DNA from: Candidatus Pacearchaeota archaeon
GTDB taxonomy: Archaea > Nanobdellota > Nanobdellia > Pacearchaeales > JAPDKA01
Reading direction: 5' to 3'
Assembly: GCA_038817835.1 (NCBI GenBank)
Contig: JAWAZI010000002.1
Location: 11,831 to 75,830, forward strand
DNA: 64,000 nt
Position 1 is the first letter of the stretch. Each line of letters starts with the position of its first letter. The notes under the pieces were generated by a model. It made no database searches, was not told the DNA's origin, and saw nothing but the letters and a program-made list of their open reading frames with translations. Shown here piece by piece: positions 55,639 to 62,990 of this stretch. The position numbers and the translations under genes were made by a program.

Positions 55639-56307
55639 ATGTTTAAATTAAATTATAAAATGAATGCAACAAATAAAGAGTTTAAAAAAATAAAAAATTT
55701 TGATTTTATTTTTGTATCTTTCCCTACACAAACAAATTTAACAAATTTTATATTAGCAATGATAATACAAAGAATAAAACCAAAACTGTTAAAAAGATTT
55801 TTATTTAAAGATTTGCCATTTACAATGATTGTAAACAAAAATTTATTATCTCCTTCAATAGATATTTATTATAAAAAGATTAAAAATAAAAAATATCTTT
55901 TTGTTATAGGAAATTACAAACCTAGAGAAACAAATTTTTATAATAAAATTTACAACATTTTGAAAAAAGGCAAAGAAATAATATTTTTAGAAGAATCAAT
56001 TAGAAAAGAAGGATTATTTTATTTTAGGAAAGAATTCAGAAAAACAAATTTTGATATAAATAAAATAAGAGAAAGATTTATAGAAATTAATGATGGTATA
56101 ATAAAAGGTTTTCCTTATTTTTTATTTGAAAAAGCAAAAAAAGATAAATTAAATTTAACATTCTTATTTTTTAATGCAAATGAAGATTTTATTTTTGATT
56201 GTTTTGATGTTATAAATAATTTATTAGGTAATAAAAAATTAAATATTAAATTAGAAAAAAGTGATAAAAAAAATATAAATAAATTTAAAATAAGTTATGT
56301 TGGATAA
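55639..56307 (+). CDS. divergent PAC2-like protein (second proteasome-chaperone-like paralogue)
   Basis: 222 aa. Collinear in layout with the protein at 27653-28378 and ends with the same ISY[AV]G C-terminus (KISYVG). Sequence similarity is otherwise weak. Confidence 0.4.
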   Translation: MFKLNYKMNATNKEFKKIKNFDFIFVSFPTQTNLTNFILAMIIQRIKPKLLKRFLFKDLPFTMIVNKNLLSPSIDIYYKKIKNKKYLFVIGNYKPRETNFYNKIYNILKKGKEIIFLEESIRKEGLFYFRKEFRKTNFDINKIRERFIEINDGIIKGFPYFLFEKAKKDKLNLTFLFFNANEDFIFDCFDVINNLLGNKKLNIKLEKSDKKNINKFKISYVG

Positions 56308-56582
56308 TGGGAAAGGTAATAGTAACTATAAAAATATTACCAGAAAATCCTGATGTAGATTTAAGTATAATAGAAAAAAAAGGAGAAAAAGTTATAAATA
56401 AATTTGGAGAATTTGTTAAAACTGAAATTTTTTCTATAGGTTTTGGAATTAAACAATTAAATATAATTATGTTACTTGATGAAGATAAGGCAGAATTACT
56501 AGAAACTATAGAAAATGAGCTAAAAGCAATAGAAGGAGTAGGGAGTGTTGAAATAATAGATGTTAGAAGAGCTATAGGGTAA
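56307..56582 (+). CDS. elongation factor aEF-1 beta
   Basis: 91 aa. Sequence MGKVIVTIKILPENPDVDL...GVGSVEIIDVRRA. TAATG overlap with the previous gene. Confidence 0.88.
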   Translation: MGKVIVTIKILPENPDVDLSIIEKKGEKVINKFGEFVKTEIFSIGFGIKQLNIIMLLDEDKAELLETIENELKAIEGVGSVEIIDVRRAIG

Positions 56583-56583
56583 A

Positions 56584-56736
56584 ATGAAAAATAAAAAAGC
56601 AATAGAAATGAATGAAGTAATTTTATGGATAATTGCTATAATTAGCTTATTAGTTATAATAATAGGTATTTTCATTTTTAGAAAAGGTGGTGAAAATTTA
56701 ATTGAAAAAATAATAAATTTATTTAGATACAAATAA
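56584..56736 (+). CDS. small pilin/Flp-like membrane protein (50 aa; not in supplied ORF track)
   Basis: Sequence MKNKKAIEMNEVILWIIAIISLLVIIIGIFIFRKGGENLIEKIINLFRYK, from ATG 56584 to TAA 56734-56736. It fills the gap between ef1b and the next gene exactly. The antisense track ORF 56520-56732 is a shadow. Confidence 0.55.
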   Translation: MKNKKAIEMNEVILWIIAIISLLVIIIGIFIFRKGGENLIEKIINLFRYK

Positions 56737-56738
56737 TT

Positions 56739-57758
56739 ATGTTAGCTATTGAAAAGCTTGTTTCTTTAATTTTGAAAGTTTTAGCTTTTTTAGTAATTGT
56801 TATTATAATATTTTTATTAGCAAAAACTATTTATGATGGATTTAGTGGATATTTCAAAAAAGAAGAAATATTAAAAAAATATCAACCAAATTATGAATCA
56901 TTATTGAGAAATATTGAAGATTGCCATAAAATTGATGATTTTAATTGTATTTGTGAGATTTTCCCAAATTTCCCAGCAAGTTTTCCAGAAGAAATAAAAA
57001 TTAATATCACCACTATAAATAATAAATCTAATGTAACATTAATATATAAACAAAAAGATGTAATTGATTGGAGAGAAATAGAAAGTATATTTAGGGGGTA
57101 TGGTATTGTATTGATTGAGAATAAAAAAAACTTGGAAGAATTTGGAAAAGAAGAAATAACTGTTGAATTTAATAAAAAAGATATATATGGTTATCCTGGT
57201 TTTAAAACATCTTTACCTTCATTCTATACCATTTATAAAGAAGATATATATTTTATTTTAATTTCTCCATATATACTTAAAGTAACTAAAAATAGAAAAA
57301 ATATTTCTTATTTTTTAGGTATTTCTTCTAAGAAAATAGCCGGATATACAGGAACAGGCTTACCAATAATTAATTCAATAGAACTTAATGATTTAAATAA
57401 AGTTAAAGAAGATTTAGACAAGAAAATTGAAAATATTCCTAAATGTATTGATGGTAGATATCGCTCAGTTGAATTTTTTAAGAAATTAAATGAAACTATA
57501 ACAAATAAAAAAAATATAGAAAATTTAGAAGTAAATTTAGATGAAAAATTTTTAATTGAAATAGATGAGAAAAATATGAGATTATTATATTATAAAAATG
57601 GAGTAAAAGAAATTGTATCAATATTAAAAGAAGAAAATATAGAAGGAACATTGGCTTATGTTTCATTTGATCATGATATAAGCTGCAAAGGAAAAAAATT
57701 AGAATTAATGAATGGGGGTAAGATAAACATAATTAATGGTTGTATTGAAAAATTATAA
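56739..57758 (+). CDS. N-terminally anchored extracytoplasmic protein (339 aa)
   Basis: The N-terminus MLAIEKLVSLILKVLAFLVIVIIIFLL is followed by a Cys-containing soluble domain. No family recognised. Confidence 0.6.
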   Translation: MLAIEKLVSLILKVLAFLVIVIIIFLLAKTIYDGFSGYFKKEEILKKYQPNYESLLRNIEDCHKIDDFNCICEIFPNFPASFPEEIKINITTINNKSNVTLIYKQKDVIDWREIESIFRGYGIVLIENKKNLEEFGKEEITVEFNKKDIYGYPGFKTSLPSFYTIYKEDIYFILISPYILKVTKNRKNISYFLGISSKKIAGYTGTGLPIINSIELNDLNKVKEDLDKKIENIPKCIDGRYRSVEFFKKLNETITNKKNIENLEVNLDEKFLIEIDEKNMRLLYYKNGVKEIVSILKEENIEGTLAYVSFDHDISCKGKKLELMNGGKINIINGCIEKL

Positions 57759-57814
57759 AAAAACTTTTAAAATAATAAAACTTTAAAATTTTAAATAAAA
57801 TTAAAAAAATAAAA

Positions 57815-58159
57815 ATGAAAAAAAGAGGTCAAAACATAAATATAACAACAATAATAATACTTGTATTAGCAATTTTAGTACTTTTAATTGTTGCTATAAG
57901 TTTTACTGGTGGATGGACTAAATTATGGGAAAGAATAACAGGAACATATAAAACTGCTAAAGGTGCTGAGATTGGTCAGGCCTTACATCAATGTGAATTT
58001 TTGTATATTACTAATAATAAAAAAAGTTTTTGTTGTGATATTATTGAAGTAATTAATATAGGAAATACTACATGCAAAGATCTATTTGAGAGAGGATATA
58101 CTACAGAAAAAATTAATTCAACAATAGCAGTTGGATTTTGTGAAGAGATTAGTTGCTAA
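57815..58159 (+). CDS. type IV pilin-like protein (class III signal peptide-like)
   Basis: 114 aa. The N-terminus is MKKRGQNINITTIIILVLAILVLLIVAISF (basic head, G-Q, hydrophobic core). The small globular domain has 6 Cys. Confidence 0.55.
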   Translation: MKKRGQNINITTIIILVLAILVLLIVAISFTGGWTKLWERITGTYKTAKGAEIGQALHQCEFLYITNNKKSFCCDIIEVINIGNTTCKDLFERGYTTEKINSTIAVGFCEEISC

Positions 58160-58168
58160 ATATAAAAA

Positions 58169-58339
58169 ATGAATAAAAGATCACAAGAACTTAACATAAA
58201 GATAATAATTATACTTATAATTTGTTTAATTTTACTTGTTATTTCTATTATTTTTTTTAGTTCTGCTGCAAAACAAATATTTTCAAATCTAATAATAAAA
58301 ATAAAATCTGCTTTTAAACTATTAAATGCGACAACATAA
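58169..58339 (+). CDS. small single-TM protein (56 aa; not in supplied ORF track)
   Basis: Sequence MNKRSQELNIKIIIILIICLILLVISIIFFSSAAKQIFSNLIIKIKSAFKLLNATT. It overlaps the amidase gene start by 14 nt. It competes with, and is preferred over, the antisense ORF 58156-58383. Confidence 0.5.
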   Translation: MNKRSQELNIKIIIILIICLILLVISIIFFSSAAKQIFSNLIIKIKSAFKLLNATT

Positions 58340-59372
58340 ATCATTGATATTACCAACAACAATAATAAAGATAACAATATCAATAATTATACTAGTTGCT
58401 CTTATTTTTTTTGGAAAAAGATTAATAGATTCAATAATAACTTCCAGAGAGGAAACGCAAGCTCAATCACTTTTACAATCAATTAAAAATAGATTAGAAA
58501 ATACCATTTCAGAATATGATGAAAATTTAATTATTTATGCACCATTAAATTGGGATGTTGTATTTTTTCCTAAAGAATTGAATTTTATAAATGGAAAAAG
58601 AAAACCTGAAATTTATGAGTTATATGATGTTCTATGTTTATGTAAAGGGAATAAATGTAAATATTGTATTGTGGTTAATAAAAAAATTCTCGATGAAAAA
58701 AATAAGTATTTTAAATTAACTATAAAAAAACCAATACTTTTAGAAATTAAAAAAGAAGAAGATAGGTTTATTTTTCTTTTAGGAGAAATAGAAGAAAAAG
58801 AAATAAAAATTGAAACAAATCCAAATTTAGAATTTGATTCAACTTATTTTGGAAAATATCCACATAGAAAAGTTGAGAAAAGAGAAATAAAATATATAAT
58901 ATTTCATCATACTGGAGGAAATAGTATTCAAGGAGCATTACAAAATTTTAAAGATAAAGGTTTATCTTCACATTATATAATAGATAAAGATGGAAAAATT
59001 TATTATATCATAGATGAAAAATATATTGCTTATCATGCAAAAGACTATAATGATGTTTCTATAGGAATAGAAATAGTAAATAGTGGTTGTGAAGAATTTA
59101 CTCCTGAACAATATAATTCTTTAAAAAAATTGGTTAATGATATAAATGGAAGATATAAAAATTTACAAATTTTAGGACATTTTGAAATAAATCAACATAA
59201 ATGGGATCCGTCTCCAATTTTCAATTGGAGTGAATTAGGTTTAGAAGAAAAATATAAAAAATATTCACAAAATCAAATTAAATATGCATTTGAAGAATGT
59301 AAGAAAGATAAAATACTTGCACTTTCTCCTGCATCACAAGAAATAAAAGAATATTGGAAACAAATAATATAA
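58326..59372 (+). CDS. membrane-anchored N-acetylmuramoyl-L-alanine amidase (Amidase_2 / AmpD / T7-lysozyme / PGRP fold)
   Basis: 348 aa. Has an N-terminal TM (LILPTTIIKITISIIILVALIFF) and a spacer of about 150 aa. The C-terminal domain is IKYIIFHHTGG...SSHYIIDKDGKIYYI...AYHAKDYNDVSIGIEIVN...FTPEQYNSLKKLV...ILGHFEI...KWDPSP, with an AmpD-like H/H/D zinc triad. Confidence 0.75.
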   Translation: MRQHKSLILPTTIIKITISIIILVALIFFGKRLIDSIITSREETQAQSLLQSIKNRLENTISEYDENLIIYAPLNWDVVFFPKELNFINGKRKPEIYELYDVLCLCKGNKCKYCIVVNKKILDEKNKYFKLTIKKPILLEIKKEEDRFIFLLGEIEEKEIKIETNPNLEFDSTYFGKYPHRKVEKREIKYIIFHHTGGNSIQGALQNFKDKGLSSHYIIDKDGKIYYIIDEKYIAYHAKDYNDVSIGIEIVNSGCEEFTPEQYNSLKKLVNDINGRYKNLQILGHFEINQHKWDPSPIFNWSELGLEEKYKKYSQNQIKYAFEECKKDKILALSPASQEIKEYWKQII

Positions 59373-59374
59373 AA

Positions 59375-59488
59375 ATGAAAAAAGCTGATATAGCAATGGA
59401 AACTATTATTAAAATTTTAATATTTATATTAGTATTAGCAGGTTTAATTATAGGATTAAAAAAATTGTTAGATTTACTATTAAGATGA
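59375..59488 (+). CDS. very small pilin/Flp-like membrane peptide (37 aa; not in supplied ORF track)
   Basis: Sequence MKKADIAMETIIKILIFILVLAGLIIGLKKLLDLLLR. ATGA overlap with the next gene. Confidence 0.45.
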   Translation: MKKADIAMETIIKILIFILVLAGLIIGLKKLLDLLLR

Positions 59489-60291
59489 GAAAAGCTATAA
59501 TAAAGACGTGGGTGATTGGAATAATAATTTTAATTATTTCTGCAGCCATATTAATTTATTTTGCAACAAAGTTAGCACATTTAGGAATAGATAAAAGAGA
59601 AGCATGTAGGCAGAGTGTTGTATTAAGAAGTAAAAGTATCGCTGGTCTACATCCTGGAGAAGCTTTGCCATTAAATTGTCAAACAGAAATAATAAAAATT
59701 AAAACTAGTGATGAGGAAGAAATTAAAAAAATAATTAGTGAAGCTTTATATGATTGTTGGTATATGATGGGGGAAGGAGAATTAGATTTTATAGGGGAAA
59801 GTGGGGAAAAATCATGTGTAATATGTAGTATAATAAAATTTGATGAAAAAATTAAGGGAAAAAATATAAGTGGGCTATATAAATATATGAGGGAAACAAT
59901 AATACCAGGAAAAAATATAACTTTTGCAGATTACATAATGAAAAGAGAAGAAAGTGAAATTCATATGGAGAATGATACTTTAAAAATAGATAAAGATTAT
60001 GCTATTGTATTTTTAATAGTAAGTTCACCAACTCTTGGAGAAACCATAATAAAGAGTTTAATTGGAGTAGGATATGGGGGTATAATTGGAAAGATATTCT
60101 CTCAAGTGATAGCTAAATTAAGTGTTGCAGGATTAATTGTTGGGGCTATACCATCTATAGCTGATTATATACAAACATGGATTAAATGTAAAGGCCATAA
60201 TATGTGTACAGCTTTAATGTTTATCCCATATAATGCTACAGCATTAAGTCAAAGTTGCCAAATTATATTGAGTATCCCTCCAGAAGAATAG
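59485..60291 (+). CDS. membrane protein with N-terminal anchor, Cys-rich ectodomain and C-terminal Gly-rich TM pair
   Basis: 268 aa. Starts MRKAIIKTWVIGIIILIISAAILIYF and contains LIGVGYGGIIGKIF...VAGLIVGAIPSI. No family recognised. Confidence 0.6.
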   Translation: MRKAIIKTWVIGIIILIISAAILIYFATKLAHLGIDKREACRQSVVLRSKSIAGLHPGEALPLNCQTEIIKIKTSDEEEIKKIISEALYDCWYMMGEGELDFIGESGEKSCVICSIIKFDEKIKGKNISGLYKYMRETIIPGKNITFADYIMKREESEIHMENDTLKIDKDYAIVFLIVSSPTLGETIIKSLIGVGYGGIIGKIFSQVIAKLSVAGLIVGAIPSIADYIQTWIKCKGHNMCTALMFIPYNATALSQSCQIILSIPPEE

Positions 60292-60310
60292 TTATTATTT
60301 TAAAATTTGA

Positions 60311-60383
60311 TGGGCCCGCCAGGATTCGAACCTGGGATCTCTGCCACGTCAAGGCAGCGTCGTAACCACTAGACCACGGGCCC
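60311..60383 (-). tRNA. tRNA-Val (anticodon GAC)
   Basis: The reverse complement is GGGCCCGTGGTCTAGTGGTTACGACGCTGCCTTGACGTGGCAG...CCAGGTTCGAATCCTGGCGGGCCCA. Confidence 0.9.
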
Positions 60384-60418
60384 TGCTATATTTTAATAAT
60401 CTTTAAATTTTAAAAATT

Positions 60419-61069
60419 TTATAAAAATGATTTTAATATCTCAAAATTTTTTTCTATATCTTCTTTGGATTTCTCTGAAACATCAAAACATGATTTAATG
60501 TAATCTAAATCTAAGATATTTTCAAAATTTTTAATGTATATTAATAAATTTTTAACATCATCTAAATCTTTTTCTTCTCTGTTTTTCTCTTCTTTAAATT
60601 TTATAAACATTTTTGTAAGAATAAAATCTTCCAAAGTTAAAATTTTTGTAGAAATATCATTAAAATTAAATTTTATTGCCCTTTTTATGCAGCAGTCATA
60701 ATATTTTCTCTTTTTTTCATTTTTTATTAAGCTTATATTAATTAATTCCAAAACATAATAATTATTATTAAATTTAATCATTAACTCATTTTCCCATGGA
60801 TCATATATAAAATTAATTTTATTTTTTGTTAAATTATCAATTATTTTATCTTTGTTTTCAGAAAAAAGTAAATCTAAATCAGAAAATCCCCTAATTATCA
60901 TTTGTGTTAATTTTCTATCAGAGATATTTTCTTTATATTTATTAAAATAATAAATGCTTAAACAAACACGGGAAACACCACCTATCATTACATAGTTTTC
61001 ATTAAATGAATCATTTATTATATCGAAAATTTTTTTGATGTTTTCATCAAATATTCCATATCTTTTCAT
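60419..61069 (-). CDS. putative nucleotidyltransferase-fold protein (DUF6036/MNT-like)
   Basis: 216 aa. Contains VMIGGVSRV...GFSDLDLLF and a later LTLEDFILTKM....REEKDLDDVKNLL, resembling small standalone NTases. Weak assignment. Confidence 0.35.
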   Translation of the reverse strand: MKRYGIFDENIKKIFDIINDSFNENYVMIGGVSRVCLSIYYFNKYKENISDRKLTQMIIRGFSDLDLLFSENKDKIIDNLTKNKINFIYDPWENELMIKFNNNYYVLELINISLIKNEKKRKYYDCCIKRAIKFNFNDISTKILTLEDFILTKMFIKFKEEKNREEKDLDDVKNLLIYIKNFENILDLDYIKSCFDVSEKSKEDIEKNFEILKSFL

Positions 61070-61151
61070 TTCAAAAAATTTAAAAACAAATTTATCTTAA
61101 ATATATAAGGATTTTAAATTTATAAATTTAACTATCAAAAAGTGATAAAAA

Positions 61152-61490
61152 ATGAAAGAAATTGAAGAGAAAGATTTTGAAGATGTATTAAAAAAATCAA
61201 AACAAAAAACTATACTTATTGATTTCTATGCAGATTGGTGCATGCCATGCAGAATATTAAAACCTATAATTGAAAGTATAGAAAAAGAATTCGAAGATAA
61301 AAACATAGAATTCTTAAAAATAAATATCGATAAAAATAGAAATTTAGCTTTAGCATTTAATATTTTGAGTATACCAACAATTATTTTATTAAGAAATGGG
61401 AAAGAAATAAGTAGAATTGTTGGTGCTTTACCAAAAGAAGAAATTATATATTGGATAAATAAAAATTTAAAAGCCTCGGGAGGGATTTGA
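61152..61490 (+). CDS. trxA: thioredoxin
   Basis: 112 aa. Has the active site WCMPCR (WCxPC) and a cis-Pro SIPT. The last 19 nt overlap tRNA-Thr on the opposite strand. Confidence 0.88.
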   Translation: MKEIEEKDFEDVLKKSKQKTILIDFYADWCMPCRILKPIIESIEKEFEDKNIEFLKINIDKNRNLALAFNILSIPTIILLRNGKEISRIVGALPKEEIIYWINKNLKASGGI

Positions 61491-61543
61491 ACCCTCGACC
61501 TGCCGGTTACAAACCGGCTGCTCTACCGCTGAGCTACCGAGGC
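61472..61543 (-). tRNA. tRNA-Thr (anticodon TGT)
   Basis: The reverse complement is GCCTCGGTAGCTCAGCGGTAGAGCAGCCGGTTTGTAACCGGCAGGTCGAGGGTTCAAATCCCTCCCGAGGCT. Confidence 0.9.
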
Positions 61544-61567
61544 ATAAAAAAATAATAAAAGAAAATT

Positions 61568-62095
61568 TTAAATTTTTTCTTTTTCAATGTATACTCTTCT
61601 TATATCACAAACTATTAGAGGATATATCTTCTTTAATTCTTTGAATATATCTTTTTGAATTTTATAATTAATTATTGATTCAAAAATATCAACTCTATTA
61701 TTCTCATTAATAAACTTCATTAACAATTCTCTTGCTTTATTTCTTAATTTTTTCCTTACATTTCTAACAACTTTTTTTCTAGTAACTAATAAAGGTTTTA
61801 TCCTTATATTAAAACCATCTTTACTTTTTGCAACAAAAGAATCTTCAACAGGACTTGTACCTTTTCTTACTAAACGTCTAGCATAATTTTGAATTAAACC
61901 ATAATAGATTATTTTTCCTATAGGCTTATTATCCTTTATCTCTACTTTAAATTTTGCTTCAGCGAGTTTTCCTTTCAATTCTCTAGTTAAATCTAACAAA
62001 ATAACTCTATTGTTTAAATCTTCAATATTTTTACCAATAATTGGAACCTCTTTATTCAAAATTTCTAAACTAACATCAAAAAATTTCTTACTCAT
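61568..62095 (-). CDS. rps3ae: 30S ribosomal protein S3Ae (S1e)
   Basis: 175 aa. Contains KKFFDVSLEI......IGKNIEDLNNRVILLDLTREL, FKVEIKDNK and ARRLVRKGTS, with a collinear S3Ae pattern. Confidence 0.75.
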   Translation of the reverse strand: MSKKFFDVSLEILNKEVPIIGKNIEDLNNRVILLDLTRELKGKLAEAKFKVEIKDNKPIGKIIYYGLIQNYARRLVRKGTSPVEDSFVAKSKDGFNIRIKPLLVTRKKVVRNVRKKLRNKARELLMKFINENNRVDIFESIINYKIQKDIFKELKKIYPLIVCDIRRVYIEKEKI

Positions 62096-62403
62096 TTTAT
62101 TTCAATTTTTGATATCCTAATACCTTTTGCTTGTGGGGTTTTTTTACCACATTCTGTACATACATATAATATATTAGTTTTCTTTGTTATTTTTGTTTTT
62201 CTTTTAAATTTACTTACTGGAGGTTTACTTCCCCATTTCCCTAAATTTCCAAATCCTCTTCCCAATCCTCTTTTTTTTGCTCTGATTATGCTACCCCTCT
62301 TCAAAGCTCCTCTTGGCTTTGCTGAACTTATTAATTCTAATTTTTGATTTGTATGCTTTCTACAATATTTGCAGTATCTCCTTACTGTTTTTGGTTTTTT
62401 CAT
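62092..62403 (-). CDS. rpl44e: 50S ribosomal protein L44e
   Basis: 103 aa. Sequence MKKPKTVRRYCKYCRKHTNQKL...KRGLGRGFGNLGKWGSKP...KTKITKK..ILYVCTECGKK, a Zn-ribbon split pattern. Confidence 0.85.
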   Translation of the reverse strand: MKKPKTVRRYCKYCRKHTNQKLELISSAKPRGALKRGSIIRAKKRGLGRGFGNLGKWGSKPPVSKFKRKTKITKKTNILYVCTECGKKTPQAKGIRISKIEIK

Positions 62404-62426
62404 GAAAGTTGAAGAATTATATTTTT

Positions 62427-62990
62427 TTAAATTTTATCTTCCTCAATTAAAAAAACTTTATTATCATCAAATAATATTTTTGCTATTTCCTTAGGCAAAT
62501 TAACAATATCACCTTTTTTAAATGGACCAAGTTTATTTCCTTCCCCGTCTAAAAATTCAGAAACATCTTCTTTAAATCTAACTAAAATATTATTTTTTAT
62601 TTCTTCTTTCTCTCCACTCAATTTATTTTTTATTTTTTTATCAGTTTCTTTTATTTTAGCTAAGATTTCTTCAAAAAGTTCTTTCTCCTCAGGAAGCATA
62701 TTTTCTGTATCAGATTTAGTAACTCCAGAAACTTTAGCTAATAAAGCTAAATTAATAATCTTTTTTTGTCTTATAGAAAATAATTCATTAATTAAAATTT
62801 GAGCATTTTCAAATTGTTTTTTCAATTTATTTAAAGCTTCATCAAATTCATCAGTTTGTTTTTCTAAAATTTTTTTCTTTTCTTTTATATAATCTCTCAA
62901 ATCATTAATAAAATTTTTTGGTAATTTTTGCAAAACTTCATTATATTTTTCTTGTCTTAATATATTGAAAATATCATTATAAGATATCAT
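62427..62990 (-). CDS. GINS subunit-like protein (Gins51-like)
   Basis: 187 aa. The N-terminal ILRQEKYNEVLQKLPKNFINDLRDYI (A-domain-like) is followed by a helical middle. The small C-terminal domain is GPFKKGDIVNLPKEIAKILFDDNKV. Confidence 0.5.
   Translation of the reverse strand: MISYNDIFNILRQEKYNEVLQKLPKNFINDLRDYIKEKKKILEKQTDEFDEALNKLKKQFENAQILINELFSIRQKKIINLALLAKVSGVTKSDTENMLPEEKELFEEILAKIKETDKKIKNKLSGEKEEIKNNILVRFKEDVSEFLDGEGNKLGPFKKGDIVNLPKEIAKILFDDNKVFLIEEDKI

Noticed and set aside
56584-61543. Integrated provirus or mobile island next to tRNA-Val and tRNA-Thr (lysin, holin-like peptides, NTase).
   Set aside because: I found no integrase, recombinase, capsid, terminase or replication gene. 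No duplicated tRNA 3' segment (att-like direct repeat) is visible, and base composition does not visibly shift. This is kept only as an alternative explanation in the cluster finding.
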